Shown: positions 40,962 to 51,986 of the stretch, one piece after another
Layout of the letters: each line of letters opens with the position of its first letter
Position numbering within the stretch: position 1 is the first letter of the stretch
Position numbers and translations under genes: made by a program
The notes under the pieces: model-generated
Seen by the model: only the letters and a program-made list of their open reading frames with translations
Told to the model about the DNA's origin: nothing
The model's database searches: none
Assembly (NCBI GenBank): GCA_965277285.1
Contig: OZ255721.1
Span: 1,600,001 to 1,664,000 of the forward strand
Length of the DNA stretch: 64,000 bases
Direction of reading: 5' to 3'
From: Abditibacteriaceae bacterium
Lineage (GTDB): Bacteria > Armatimonadota > Abditibacteriia > Abditibacteriales > Abditibacteriaceae

Positions 40962-42098
40962 CTAATTCATCGTGCCATAACGCAGCAACACATCTTCGTA
41001 ACGCGGCAAAAGATGCGGCCACGAGTACTCGATCACCGAAGCCGCGACTTCTTCGGGCGCCAACGGTTTGTCCAGCAACAAATGCAACTTGCTCGTTATC
41101 TCATCGACATCGCGCGGATGATCGAGCAGAATTCCGCTTTGACCTTCGCGCACCGCAACCGCAGCGCCGGCCAGTCGGCTGGTTAAAACCGGCAGGCCGC
41201 ACGCCATCGCTTCGACGATCACCAAGCCCCAGGCTTCGTACTGCGTTGGCAAGGCGAAAAGGTCGGACGCCGCGTAAAAGGCCGCAACATCGTTGCTTGG
41301 CCCGGTGAAATGCACGCGTTCGCCCAATTTTAAGCGCCCAATTTGAGCGGCGCAAGCGCTCGGGTTCAAACGCCCGACTGCAAGCAAATGAACGTGATTG
41401 TCATTCAAGGCCGCAACCGCTTCCAACAACGGAAAAAACCCTTTGCGCTCCAGTTCGTTGGCTACAAAAACGACGACTTTGTCATCCTCTTGAAAGCCCA
41501 GCTTTTGGCGCATCGCAGCGCGTTCGGCGTGGCGCCGCGCGATGTTGAACTCGTCCGGCGCGAAACCGTTGTTGACGACCGTAATGTCGGAACCGGGCAC
41601 GCCATAAAAACGCATGATGTCACTTTTCACGGTTTCGGTCAGGGCGACGACGTGCTTGTATTGGCGTCCTTCGAGTTGCTCGCGTTCAAGCTTTAAAATC
41701 AGGCCATGAAACGGATTGAGTTTTTGCTTCAATCGACCTTTCCAATCGCGCTCGCGGTGGCTGATTTCAAGCCAGGCGCGATGCACGCTTTGCATCCACA
41801 CCACGCTGTTTGGCGGAGCCAGAACGCCAAAACTGCCGATGGTTTCAGGCGGCGGTTGCATTTTCTCCAGTGCCTCACGCGATAATGCGCGGAATTGAGT
41901 CACAGTTTTGACCGGAGATGTGGTGCTGAGCGCGACTTTGTGGCGAATCACAGCCGCATCAAGCACTTGATCGTCCCATTCATTGGCGAAAATATGCGTT
42001 TCGTGCCCGCGGCCATGCAAAAAGTTAGCGGCCTCAAGCATTACGCGCTCGATGCCGCCCCGACGGTAGCAGCCGGGAAAAGAAAGTGCAACTCTCAT
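40962..42098 (-). CDS. Glycosyltransferase family 4 (WaaG/RfaG-like)
   Basis: GGIER, ELERKG, LPTQYEAWGLVIVEAMACGLPV. Confidence 0.9.
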   Translation of the reverse strand: MRVALSFPGCYRRGGIERVMLEAANFLHGRGHETHIFANEWDDQVLDAAVIRHKVALSTTSPVKTVTQFRALSREALEKMQPPPETIGSFGVLAPPNSVVWMQSVHRAWLEISHRERDWKGRLKQKLNPFHGLILKLEREQLEGRQYKHVVALTETVKSDIMRFYGVPGSDITVVNNGFAPDEFNIARRHAERAAMRQKLGFQEDDKVVVFVANELERKGFFPLLEAVAALNDNHVHLLAVGRLNPSACAAQIGRLKLGERVHFTGPSNDVAAFYAASDLFALPTQYEAWGLVIVEAMACGLPVLTSRLAGAAVAVREGQSGILLDHPRDVDEITSKLHLLLDKPLAPEEVAASVIEYSWPHLLPRYEDVLLRYGTMN

Positions 42099-43549
42099 CC
42101 GTCACTTTCCTGAGGTGAAGCAGGTAACGGTGCAGCGGGCGACGTTGAAGCAAATGGTGATGAAGCCGAAGAAAACGGTGCCCCTTCTGTAGCCAATCGA
42201 GTACTCGAACGGGGCAAATTGGGCAAAAGCGCATGAGAGGGCGATGCGAACGTCGGAAATTGCGGTTGCCGGTTTCCTCCCGCGCGCAGTTCGTGTTCCC
42301 CTTCGTGTAACGATTGCTGATAGGCGAGTTGGGCGCGTCGTTCTTCGCGCGTGCGGCGGCGCAACGCGTAATAAACATAAGTCACCATGCCAACTGAAGC
42401 CCACGAAGTAGTAATTACACCACGACTCCAATAATGATCGACCATGCCGTGTGTCAAGCAACTGAGAATGAGTGCGCCAGACAACGCGACGAAAGAAAAG
42501 AGCGGATCGTCACGCTTCAATTTCTTCTTCAACTTCCAAATTGTGCCCAGCAACACGATATGAATCAAAGCGAAGGCCGCCAATCCCAGCACGCCGGTTT
42601 CGGCCAGCGTCAACATCACGATATTGGTCGCGTCATATTCTTTACGCAAACCGACACCAACACCCAACACAGGATTTTTCTCAAAGTTATCCTGTGCAAG
42701 AGTGACTGATTGGTAACGGTACTTGATATTGTAGTCTTTGCTGGGATCGAAGCTTGTCGCATACAACTTCGATTTTTGTGGCAGCAGCATCCAAGCCACC
42801 ATTAATAGCGGGACCATCACCATTGTCGCGCGTATCAGCAACGAATATTGGCCGCGAACGGCGCACAGCACAAACAACCCAACGATGGCTCCCAGCCACG
42901 CGCCGCGCGACAACGTCATGAACAAGCCCAAGGCAATCGCACCAAGCGCCACCGACATCCAAGTTCTCTGTCGCACTGTTTTGGCGCCGAACCACAATTC
43001 GCAACACACAATGAGGCATCCCGCCAGCGAACCGCCAACACCGTTTTTATTCAAGTTCAAGCGTGCGTAAACTCCGCTCACGCTCAGTAAAGCGAACAAA
43101 ATGCCGACCCATACCAAAGCCTTCAAAGCCGGCATATAATCGCGTTCGTCGCGCGCCAGGCTCGAAAACACAACGATGGTAAACACCAGATACAACACCA
43201 TTTGCAACATCGAAGTCATCGTCGTAGCACGCGGGCTGAGCATCGAAGACACCAAACACACAAACAAATACAGAAAAACCGGAATCGCAATTGGCCCCAT
43301 GTGCCAGCGTTTTCCGCGCATCAGCAACAAAGGCATCGTCAACAAAAGGTTGATTTCAGCGATGGAAAACTTGGCGCCTCCTCCGTTCGACAAGTCGTTT
43401 TGAAATGGCGGCAAAGCGAAAATCAATAACAACGGCAGCCACGGACGCTTCCAGGCTAATGCGTAAAAGAGCAGCACATACGCCATCGCTGCCGGAATTA
43501 GCAATGCAGAAAGCGTACTCAAATGGTTGAGAAGAGTTAAGGAATTCAT
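42095..43549 (-). CDS. O-antigen ligase / Wzy polymerase family membrane protein
   Basis: Multiple TMs; TLSRGAW, NPVLGVG, LAETGVLG. Confidence 0.85.
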   Translation of the reverse strand: MNSLTLLNHLSTLSALLIPAAMAYVLLFYALAWKRPWLPLLLIFALPPFQNDLSNGGGAKFSIAEINLLLTMPLLLMRGKRWHMGPIAIPVFLYLFVCLVSSMLSPRATTMTSMLQMVLYLVFTIVVFSSLARDERDYMPALKALVWVGILFALLSVSGVYARLNLNKNGVGGSLAGCLIVCCELWFGAKTVRQRTWMSVALGAIALGLFMTLSRGAWLGAIVGLFVLCAVRGQYSLLIRATMVMVPLLMVAWMLLPQKSKLYATSFDPSKDYNIKYRYQSVTLAQDNFEKNPVLGVGVGLRKEYDATNIVMLTLAETGVLGLAAFALIHIVLLGTIWKLKKKLKRDDPLFSFVALSGALILSCLTHGMVDHYWSRGVITTSWASVGMVTYVYYALRRRTREERRAQLAYQQSLHEGEHELRAGGNRQPQFPTFASPSHALLPNLPRSSTRLATEGAPFSSASSPFASTSPAAPLPASPQESDG

Positions 43550-43655
43550 GCGAAAAACTTCACGGATTAATCATCATATCGTTGGCTCGAAGAAACCTCA
43601 AGCACAGTACGCTATGAGCTATTGAATCGAGTACTCGAGAACGTAAAATCAAAAG

Positions 43656-44672
43656 TCAGGAAGGCAGCGTTTTATCTTTGAGTGGCACTTTCCATTGAGT
43701 CAGTTGGCGCCACACCAGCCACGCTTGAAACTTCGATTTCGAGCGCGCCATCTTGCGTTTGGCGGGCAGCAAAGACGCCATCGTCCACAAAACGGTTCGC
43801 AACAAACATCCCACTGTCATAGCCGCGCGTACCGACACCAAACCCGCCGGACCATGATGTTTCCACTCGTAGTAATCCAAGCTTTGGAAAAAACTGTCGT
43901 TAATGCGCGCCCGCTCGCTGGCAACATCAGAATTCGCACCGCTGGCGCCGCCCCAATGCGTCACGACCGCTTGCGGCACAAACGCGACCGACCAACCCTG
44001 CGCCACTATCGAACGCTGCCAATCGGTTTCTTCGGCATACATAAAGAAACGTTCGTCAAAGCCGCCAGCCTTCTCCCAAGCTTCGCGCCGCACCAGAAAA
44101 CACGCGCCGCTCACCCAATCGACCAAACGTTCTTCATCGTGCGCCCAACGTCGCAAATCGCTCCACGCCAAACGGGACGGCAACAACGAAGCGATCCACA
44201 AGTTTTCCAGCCACGAATGCAAAGGCCCAGGAAAGCGATAACACGAACGCTGCAAACTGCCATCTTTATTCAATAACTTCGGCCCGACCACGCCAACCTG
44301 CGGATGCGCTTGTGCGTACTCGACCATCGTTTGAATCGCGCCGTCCTGCACAAACGCATCACTGTTGAGCAGCAAAAACCAATCGCCGCGCGCCTGAGTT
44401 AAGGCGCGATTGTTGGCCGCGCCGAAACCCGCGTTGTCGGGATTTTCGATCACATGAACTTGCGAAAACTCTTGGCGGATCGCATCACAACTGCCATCGC
44501 GCGACGCATTATCGACAACCCACACGTCCAAATCGACATCGCGCGTTTGGTCGAACAAAGTGCGCAAACAGCCCAACGTCATGTCGCGCGTGTTATACGA
44601 CACGATAATGACCGACACGGACGGCACATCGTTTTTGCTTTCAACCGCGTTTTGCAAATCGGTGTTCGTCAT
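43656..44672 (-). CDS. Glycosyltransferase family 2
   Basis: VSVIIVSYNT, VVDNASRDGS, NAGFGAANN, LLLNSD, FDERFFMYAEETD. Confidence 0.92.
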   Translation of the reverse strand: MTNTDLQNAVESKNDVPSVSVIIVSYNTRDMTLGCLRTLFDQTRDVDLDVWVVDNASRDGSCDAIRQEFSQVHVIENPDNAGFGAANNRALTQARGDWFLLLNSDAFVQDGAIQTMVEYAQAHPQVGVVGPKLLNKDGSLQRSCYRFPGPLHSWLENLWIASLLPSRLAWSDLRRWAHDEERLVDWVSGACFLVRREAWEKAGGFDERFFMYAEETDWQRSIVAQGWSVAFVPQAVVTHWGGASGANSDVASERARINDSFFQSLDYYEWKHHGPAGLVSVRAAMTVGCLLRTVLWTMASLLPAKRKMARSKSKFQAWLVWRQLTQWKVPLKDKTLPS

Positions 44673-44729
44673 TGGATGTTCATCAAATCGAGTACTCAAT
44701 TTCAACTTTTAACGTTGGCGAACCACGTT

Positions 44730-45272
44730 TTAACGTTGTCGAATCACGCGCGCCGGAACGCCCGCGACAACGGCGCCTGCGGGAACGTCTTCAATGACGA
44801 CCGCATTGGCGCCGATGATGCTACCTTTTCCGACGTGAATCGGCCCCAGAACTTTGGCGCCCGCGCCGAACAACACGCCACGTTCGACCACCGGATGTCC
44901 GTCGACACGAGCGGCATCAATCCAGCGCACGCCGCGCGAACCCAACGTCACGCCGTGATAAAGACAACAATTGCCTTCGATGACAACCTTTTCGCCGATC
45001 ACCAAACCAAAACCATGAACGATGACGATGCCTGGCCCCAGTTCCGCGCTCGGCGAAATATCGACCGCATAAAACAACTGCGACAAGCGCGTCAAAATCA
45101 ACGGAATCAAAGGCACGCGATGTTTACGCAGAGCGTGCGCCAAGCGATATAACATCATCGCATGCAAGCCTCGATTGGTCAAAATCAACGCGAAGACTTT
45201 CAAGCGCGGTGGCTTGTTCCACGCCAATCGTTCGACATCGGCTTTGAAATCCTCGTAAAGGCTCGGCATCAA
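44730..45272 (-). CDS. Serine O-acetyltransferase-like hexapeptide acyltransferase (probably polysaccharide-related)
   Basis: VDISPSAELGPG, HGFGLVIG, GAGAKVLG, IGANAVV, AGVPAR; inside the EPS locus. Confidence 0.85.
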   Translation of the reverse strand: MMPSLYEDFKADVERLAWNKPPRLKVFALILTNRGLHAMMLYRLAHALRKHRVPLIPLILTRLSQLFYAVDISPSAELGPGIVIVHGFGLVIGEKVVIEGNCCLYHGVTLGSRGVRWIDAARVDGHPVVERGVLFGAGAKVLGPIHVGKGSIIGANAVVIEDVPAGAVVAGVPARVIRQR

Positions 45273-45312
45273 GATTTTGTGTCAACAACGATTATCGAGT
45301 ACTCGAATCACG

Positions 45313-46362
45313 TTATTGCGCGGCTTCTTTTTCCTTACCGGCGTAATTCTTCTCGTAGTATTTGCGATATTCCGCGTCCGACTTCAAAGGACGCCACCAA
45401 TTTTGGTTTTCCTGATACCACTTAACCGTGGTCGCCAAATCGTCTTCAAACGAATGCTGCGGCGCATAACCCAGGCCGCGAATTTTGTTCGTCGAAAGCG
45501 CGTAACGCCGATCATGGCCGGGACGATCTTGAACCGGACGAATTAACGATTCCGGCTTGCCCAGCAATTCCAAAATCGCGTGCGTGATTTCGCGGTTGTT
45601 CTTTTCGTTGCCGCCGCCGACGTTATAGGTTTCGCCCGCTGTGCCGTTTTCAATCGCCACCAAAACGCCGCGGCAATGGTCTTCGGCGAAAATCCAGTCG
45701 CGGCGCTGCAAGCCGTCGCCATAAAGTGGCAAAGGCAAATCGTCAATTGCGTTGGTGATGAAAAGCGGAATCAATTTTTCGGGATATTGATACGGCCCGA
45801 AATTGTTCGAGCCACGCGTGATGATGACCGGAAGCCCATGCGAAATGCCATAGGAACGCGCCATCAATTCGCCGCCCGCTTTGGCCGCGCTATATGGCGA
45901 ACGAGGACTCAGAGGATCACTTTCCACGCTGTGACCTTCCGGCACATCGCCGTACACTTCGTCGGTCGAAATCTGCAAAAACAGCTCGACACTTTGGCGT
46001 TTGGCTTCTTCGAGCAAGATGTAAACGCCATAAACATCAGTTTGCACGAAAGCGCCCGCCAGTTCATCGCCGCCCATCAAGCTGCGGTCGACGTGCGTTT
46101 CCGCGGCGAAATTGACGACCACGTCGCAGCCGTTCATCGCTTCCGCGACATCTTTGGCGTTGCAAATATCGCCCTGCACAAAACGAAATTTCGCATCGTT
46201 CTGGAATTCGGCAATGTTTTCCATTCGACCCGCGTAGGTCAACTTATCGAGCACCACGACATCCACATTCGGACGCTCGTGGCGCATCAAACGCACAAAA
46301 CTGCTGCCGATAAAACCGGCTCCACCCGTCACAAGAACTTTTTTCATAATTTTTGAATTCAC
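45313..46362 (-). CDS. rfbB: dTDP-glucose 4,6-dehydratase
   Basis: VTGGAGFIGS, DKLTYAG, FAAETHVDRS, ISTDEVYG, SPYSAAK, YPEKLIP, DRPGHDRRYA. Confidence 0.95.
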   Translation of the reverse strand: MNSKIMKKVLVTGGAGFIGSSFVRLMRHERPNVDVVVLDKLTYAGRMENIAEFQNDAKFRFVQGDICNAKDVAEAMNGCDVVVNFAAETHVDRSLMGGDELAGAFVQTDVYGVYILLEEAKRQSVELFLQISTDEVYGDVPEGHSVESDPLSPRSPYSAAKAGGELMARSYGISHGLPVIITRGSNNFGPYQYPEKLIPLFITNAIDDLPLPLYGDGLQRRDWIFAEDHCRGVLVAIENGTAGETYNVGGGNEKNNREITHAILELLGKPESLIRPVQDRPGHDRRYALSTNKIRGLGYAPQHSFEDDLATTVKWYQENQNWWRPLKSDAEYRKYYEKNYAGKEKEAAQ

Positions 46363-46509
46363 CGCAGAAGCGCCAAGCGAAAAGAAATTTGATGCCAGAA
46401 ATCATTACTTTGTCATGCTGAATTCTTCGCTATGCTCAGGATGACAAAGTGACAGTTTCGAGTACTCGACTTCTTCTCCGCATGCCAGCGCTCTTGCGGT
46501 TCGATTTCC

Positions 46510-46560
46510 TCAAAGCTCAACAACATTCAAAGCTCAACAACATTCAAAGCTCAACAACAT
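46510..46560. repeat. Three tandem 17-bp copies of a gene 3' end
   Basis: (tcaaagctcaacaacat)x3; the last copy holds the stop codon of 46544-47470. Confidence 0.9.
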
Positions 46561-47470
46561 TTTCGCTGACGTTCTCGCGTCGCGCGTGGTCATGCGCCGT
46601 AAACGTCACGCGGTCAGGTTCGATTTTTAGACTGCGCGAGAAAATGCCGCCATGTCGCTGCGGCGTGATGTGTTCGCGCAGCCACCGCGAGTAGCCCCAA
46701 CTATCAGGACAATGAATTTGCCAAACGTGCGGCGCGATCTCGTAAGGCGCAAATAAATAATGTTCGGGATGCAAATGAATGTGTCCCGACATCCAAAATA
46801 TCGGCGCCGAACGCCCCACAATCGTTTCGAGTACTCGACCATGCGGCTCGACGCACGCCGTGCGCTCCTCGTCATAATACGTCATATCCAGCCGCTTATC
46901 AATCAACAACGGCGCGTGGCAAAACACGTAAGCCGGACGTTCGGGCGCGACTTGCAACTGCTCATCCAAAAAATGCCATTGTTCGTTCGTCAAAGTTTCC
47001 GGCTTGTGCTGATCGACATCGTTCAAGCCCAAAAAAACAAAACTGCCCAGGTTCGTGTGCTGCGCGCGCCACAAACTTTCCAAACTGTAAAAATCGAGAA
47101 ATCGCTGAAGCTGCGCCGTTTTTTCTTCTGGAGAACCTTCTTCCCAGCGCGCGCCATAACGCGGCGTATCGTCGCCAACATGAAAATAAAACTCGTGATT
47201 GCCGTTGATCGCGGTGTAAGGTTTGGGCAATTTGTGGACGAACTTGCGAACGAAACCGTATTCGCGTTCGGTGCCATAAGTCGCCACCATGTCGCCCAGC
47301 AGAACCGCGAAATCAGTCTCTTTCCAGAACGGCGCGTTTTCCAAAATGGTGCGCGCCGTCGGGCCGTCGTTGGGCAAATGCAAATCGGAAAAAACGCTGA
47401 TGCGCAAAGAATTCTGGTTTGCGGGCAAAAGCGACGACGCGGGCTGGGCGCGAGAAAAAGGCTGGCTCAT
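46544..47470 (-). CDS. Metallophosphoesterase (calcineurin-like)
   Basis: SDLH, LGDMV, GNHE, CHAP, SGHIH motifs. Confidence 0.88.
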   Translation of the reverse strand: MSQPFSRAQPASSLLPANQNSLRISVFSDLHLPNDGPTARTILENAPFWKETDFAVLLGDMVATYGTEREYGFVRKFVHKLPKPYTAINGNHEFYFHVGDDTPRYGARWEEGSPEEKTAQLQRFLDFYSLESLWRAQHTNLGSFVFLGLNDVDQHKPETLTNEQWHFLDEQLQVAPERPAYVFCHAPLLIDKRLDMTYYDEERTACVEPHGRVLETIVGRSAPIFWMSGHIHLHPEHYLFAPYEIAPHVWQIHCPDSWGYSRWLREHITPQRHGGIFSRSLKIEPDRVTFTAHDHARRENVSENVVEL

Positions 47471-47615
47471 AGAATGGATTTGAAGCGAACTTCAGTTGAA
47501 GCGAACTTCAAAAGCGCCTTCAGTTTAGCCTAAGCCGTCGCAATGACCAAACGCCGCCCAGTTCGAGTACTCGACAGCGGATGCAATCCAAACGAAAGCG
47601 CCGATTTAAGGCATA

Positions 47616-48203
47616 ATGGGAAGCGTGAGCGAATCTTCTCTTCTTTCTTTGTGGCGCGTGCAATGCGCCGAAACGCGCGAAGCCCTGCACAGCGTCCAAG
47701 CGCAATTGCCGCAACTCGAAATTGTGGCGCAAGCCGTCATCCAATGTCTGCAGAATGGCGGCAAGATTCTGACCTGCGGCAATGGCGGCAGCGCAGCCGA
47801 AGCGCAGCATTTCGCCGAAGAACTTGTCGGGCGCTACAAACTCGACCGCCGCTCGTTGCCCGCGGTTTCGCTCGTCGCCGACGGCACACTTTTGACCTGC
47901 ATTCTCAACGATTACGGCGCGGGGGAATTATTCGCGCGCCAGGTCGACGGCATCGCGTGTGCGGGCGACGTTTTATTTGGCCTGACGACCAGCGGCAACA
48001 GCGAAAACGTGCAACGCGCGGTTGAACGCGCCAAAGCCAAAGGCGTGATTACGGTCGCGCTTTCCGGCCGCGATGGCGGCCAGATGAAAGGCTTGCCCGA
48101 TCACGAAATCATCATCGAAGCCAAAACCACCGCGCGCATCCAGGAAGCGCATTTGTTGTGCGTTCATCTCCTGTGCGAAGCGATTGACACGGCGTTTGCG
48201 TGA
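47616..48203 (+). CDS. gmhA: D-sedoheptulose-7-phosphate isomerase
   Basis: CGNGGSAAEAQHFAEE, NDYG, TTSGNSENV, GRDGG, RIQEAH. Confidence 0.92.
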   Translation: MGSVSESSLLSLWRVQCAETREALHSVQAQLPQLEIVAQAVIQCLQNGGKILTCGNGGSAAEAQHFAEELVGRYKLDRRSLPAVSLVADGTLLTCILNDYGAGELFARQVDGIACAGDVLFGLTTSGNSENVQRAVERAKAKGVITVALSGRDGGQMKGLPDHEIIIEAKTTARIQEAHLLCVHLLCEAIDTAFA

Positions 48204-48229
48204 AGAAAGCGGGTGAATCGAGTACTCGA

Positions 48230-49307
48230 ATGAAACGAAAGCTGACGAAGTGGGAATGGTTGATGATGACCGTACCTTTTATCGCCTTGTCTTCTCTAAT
48301 TTGGCAGAACGTGACAGCTAAGTGGCATCCAAAAACGCTGTCTTCCGGCAATGGAATGGTAACATCGCTGGCGTTTTCGCCTGACGGACGTTTGCTGGCG
48401 GCGACTTCGTTCTACGTAAAGAAGCACATCTCGACAAGGCTCAATTGAAATCTGGAATGTGGCAACAAGAACTTTGCTAAAAACTCTGGGCAATCCACAT
48501 GATGAATCTTTGGCAGCAGCTTTTAGTCCCGATGGTAAAACGCTGGCTATCAAAGTATTTTACCTTTCTGATTCTGTTCAGCTTTGGGATGTTAAATCGG
48601 GTCAGCTTATGCACGTTCTGCCAACACATCTTATTGGTTCGGTTGCTTTTTCGCCCGATGGTAACTCGTTGGTGACATACGACAAAGAGCTGTGTTTGCG
48701 CAATGTGAAAACGGGCAAAGTTACAAAAACTATCGCAAAAGATGTGAATCCTGAAGCGCCCGTCATGTTTTCTCACAATGGGCGTTTCTTGGCTTACGCT
48801 TCAGCCGATATTTTTCTGTTCAACAGGAAGAATCCAACGCAAGCGAAATGGATTAGCGGCCATCTTATAATTTACGACTTGCGAAACGGTAAACGACAAG
48901 TCCTTGCCGCACTCTTTCCTGCATCTTTCTGCTTTTCGCCAAACGACGATGTTTTAGTAGCCACGACCAGTCCCATCCTGCCTGACACCTCAAGATTATC
49001 GGGACAACAGATAGCTTTTAAGACAAGCACGGGGCAAACATTGTGGACGCAAAACCACACCAACTTAGAAGGTCTGGCCTTTTCACCAGATGGGCGATGG
49101 CTGGCCAGCGAATACAAATCTTACGGCGTTGAAATCAAACAAATCACGACGGGAAAAATCGTTCGAGTACTTGACGCACCTGAAAACAAAGGTGGATTCC
49201 ACACATCAATTTCGACAATTGCCTGGTCGCCCGACGGAACTACTATCGCTTGCATTGATAATAATGACCAGGATATAAAACTGTGGGATGTTAGCGATTT
49301 GCATTAA
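48230..49307 (+). pseudogene. Membrane-anchored WD40-repeat protein with a frameshift near 48420-48445
   Basis: Frame 1 ...LAFSPDGRLLAA...STRLN* continues in the +1 frame as QGSIEIWNVATRTLL...AFSPDG repeats; could be a sequencing error. Confidence 0.75.
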
Positions 49308-50146
49308 ACCTTCAACTTTTCCACCGCTTTGGTCACATCACCGCCGCACTCTTCGAGTACTCGATGCGCGGTTGCTTCATCGACATCGGCCTGTTTCATT
49401 ATTAAACGCGCCGCGCGATCCACCAATTTGCCGCACGATGGGCGCAAGTGCGTCATCAGGTTGCCTTCGACGCGTCCCAAACGCAGCATGACGCCGGTTG
49501 AGATCATGTTCAAGACCAGCTTTTGCGCGGTTCCGGCTTTGAGTCGCGTCGAACCCGCCAAAACTTCCGGCCCGACAACTGGCGCCATAAAAACGTCGCA
49601 TAACGGCTTCATGGGCGCTTGATTATTGACCGTTATGCCGCCTGTCCAAGCATCCAAACTCCGCGCATATTCCAGCGCGCCCAAAACATACGGCGTGCGG
49701 CCCGAAGCTGCCAAGCCGATGACGCAATCTTGCGCAGTTAAACCGCTTTCGCGCAAGTCGCGCGCGCCATTTTCCCAACAGTCTTCGGCACCTTCTTGCG
49801 ATTGAAACATCGCGTCGCGCCCACCTGCGATAATGCCTTGAACCCATTGCGGCGGCGTGCCAAAGGTCGGCGGACATTCGCTGGCATCGACAACTCCCAA
49901 ACGCCCTGACGTTCCCGCGCCAATGTAGAACAAGCGCCCGCCAAGTTTCATGCGGCTGGCAATCGCATCAACAGCTTGCGCCACGCTTTCGAGTACTCGA
50001 TTGACGGCAATCGGCACATTTTGATCTTCTTCGTTCATCAAGCGCAAGGCGTCAATCGTCGGCAAGCGCGACAAATTGGCGGTGCGTTCGTTGATGGCTT
50101 CGGTTGGCAAATCGGCGAGATTGGGAATTGAAGTTTCGTGGCTCAT
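49304..50146 (-). CDS. murQ: N-acetylmuramic acid 6-phosphate etherase
   Basis: TEAIN, GAGTSGRLGVVDASECPPTFG, AASGRTPYV, GPEVLAGSTRLKAGTAQKLVLNMIST. Confidence 0.95.
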   Translation of the reverse strand: MSHETSIPNLADLPTEAINERTANLSRLPTIDALRLMNEEDQNVPIAVNRVLESVAQAVDAIASRMKLGGRLFYIGAGTSGRLGVVDASECPPTFGTPPQWVQGIIAGGRDAMFQSQEGAEDCWENGARDLRESGLTAQDCVIGLAASGRTPYVLGALEYARSLDAWTGGITVNNQAPMKPLCDVFMAPVVGPEVLAGSTRLKAGTAQKLVLNMISTGVMLRLGRVEGNLMTHLRPSCGKLVDRAARLIMKQADVDEATAHRVLEECGGDVTKAVEKLKV

Positions 50147-50164
50147 AAGGTCGTGGTTCGTGAT

Positions 50165-50192
50165 GTACGGGCGAGGCATGCCTCGCCCATAC
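50165..50192. repeat. GTAC/GTAG-type REP singlet (similar singlet at 58393-58421)
   Basis: gtacgggcgaggcatgcctcgcccatac; gtacgggcgattcggcgaatcgcccgtac. Confidence 0.65.
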
Positions 50193-50199
50193 GGTGACT

Positions 50200-51978
50200 T
50201 TACATCGCTTCAATCGTCTCGATGCCCAATAAATTCAAGCCTTGCTTGAGCACGCGACTGGTCAAATCGCACAACGCCAAACGACTGGAACGCAATGGTT
50301 CTTCGCTTTTGAGAACATGGCAATTCTCGAAGAAGAAATGAAACTTTTGCGCCAATTCAAACAGGTAATCACATAACGCATTGGGGCCGAAATCTTCCAG
50401 CGTCGTTTCGATGGCGAGAGGAAAACGCAACAAGTATTTCACTAAATCAACTTCGGCTTCCTGCTCTAAATGAAGTTCATGCGGCGTCGAGTTCGACGGA
50501 ATACCCAACGCTTCGGCGCGGCGAAAAATCGAGCGTGTGCGGACATAGGCGTTGATGAGATAAGGCGCGGTATTGCCTTGCAGCGCCAGCATTTTGTCCC
50601 ACGAGAAAACATAATCGCTCAAGCGATTGCCTGACAAATCCGCGTATTTGATGGCGCCAATTCCCACCACGCGCGCGATATTTTTCTGCTGCTCTTCGCT
50701 CAAATCGGGATTCTTCTCGCGCACGATTTCCAACGCGCGACTTTCGGCTTCGTCCAACAAATCGCGCAAACGCACATTGTCGCCGCTGCGCGTTTTTAAA
50801 GGTTTGCGGTCGTCGCCTAAAATCGTGCCGAACGCGATATGTTCCAATCGAGTACTCGAAAAGCCCCAACGTTTGGCCGTCGCAAAGACCTGACGAAAAT
50901 GCAGGCTTTGCCGCGCATCAACGACATATAAAATCGCGTCCGGCTGCCACGTTTCCACGCGATATTGAATCGTCGCCAGATCGGTCGTACCATACAACGA
51001 CGCGCCATCGCTTTTCTGCACCAACAGTGGAAACGGAACCCATTCGCCTTTGTCGTTTTTCCAAAACGGATCGTCTTTGGAAGGTTCATCGTGTTCCGAA
51101 AAAACCGCGACTGCGCCTTCGCTTTCGCGCGCGATGCCTTTGGCTTTCAACTCTTCGACAACTTCGTTCAAGCGATTGTTATAAAAACTTTCGCCCAGTT
51201 CGTGATCGAAATGAATGTTGAGACGCGAATAAATCTCATCAAATTGCACTTGCGACAATTCGCGCAAAATGTTCCAGATCGCCAAGTTTGTTTCATCACC
51301 GTTTTGCAGTTTCAACGTTTCTTGGCGTGCCTGTTCTTCAACAGCCGGATCATTGTTCGCCTGCTTGCTGACGAGTTGGTACAAACGATTCATTTCTTCA
51401 ACGGCGTCCTGCTGAAGATTGTTTTTGTCCAAATGTTCGTTCCAGCCGATGATAATTTTGCCGAATTGCGTGCCCCAATCGCCGATGTGGTTGTCGGTGA
51501 TAACGTTGTGTCCAGCGAAACGCAGCAAGCGCTGAATCGCGTCGCCGATGACGGTCGAGCGAATGTGCCCGACGTGCATCGACTTGGCGACATTAGGGCC
51601 GGAAAAATCGACGACAACGGTTTTCTTATCTTCCGCTTCAGGAACGCCCAAACGCGCGTCTTCGAGTACTCGAATCGCAAAGGTTTCGAGAAAACTGGTC
51701 TTCAAGCGAAAGTTAATAAAACCTGGCCCGGCGATTTCTGGCACTTGCGAAAGTTCGCTGACATCGAGTTTTTCGATGAGACTTTGCGCCAATGCGCGCG
51801 GATTGGTTTTAAGCGATTTCGCCAATGGCAAAGCGCCGTTCCATTGATAATCGCCGAACTGCGCATTGGCCGTCGGCACGACGCGCAACGCATCGGGCGA
51901 AACGCTGGATGTGTCAATGTTCAATTCTTGCAGCACTTTGTTCACGGAATCTTGTAATTGTTGTTGAATAGTTTGCAT
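50200..51978 (-). CDS. argS: Arginine--tRNA ligase
   Basis: FGDYQ, AGPGFINF, DFSGPNVAKSMHVGHIRST, DWGTQFG, KTRSG, GNTAPY. Confidence 0.97.
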   Translation of the reverse strand: MQTIQQQLQDSVNKVLQELNIDTSSVSPDALRVVPTANAQFGDYQWNGALPLAKSLKTNPRALAQSLIEKLDVSELSQVPEIAGPGFINFRLKTSFLETFAIRVLEDARLGVPEAEDKKTVVVDFSGPNVAKSMHVGHIRSTVIGDAIQRLLRFAGHNVITDNHIGDWGTQFGKIIIGWNEHLDKNNLQQDAVEEMNRLYQLVSKQANNDPAVEEQARQETLKLQNGDETNLAIWNILRELSQVQFDEIYSRLNIHFDHELGESFYNNRLNEVVEELKAKGIARESEGAVAVFSEHDEPSKDDPFWKNDKGEWVPFPLLVQKSDGASLYGTTDLATIQYRVETWQPDAILYVVDARQSLHFRQVFATAKRWGFSSTRLEHIAFGTILGDDRKPLKTRSGDNVRLRDLLDEAESRALEIVREKNPDLSEEQQKNIARVVGIGAIKYADLSGNRLSDYVFSWDKMLALQGNTAPYLINAYVRTRSIFRRAEALGIPSNSTPHELHLEQEAEVDLVKYLLRFPLAIETTLEDFGPNALCDYLFELAQKFHFFFENCHVLKSEEPLRSSRLALCDLTSRVLKQGLNLLGIETIEAM

Positions 51979-51986
51979 TTTGTTTT

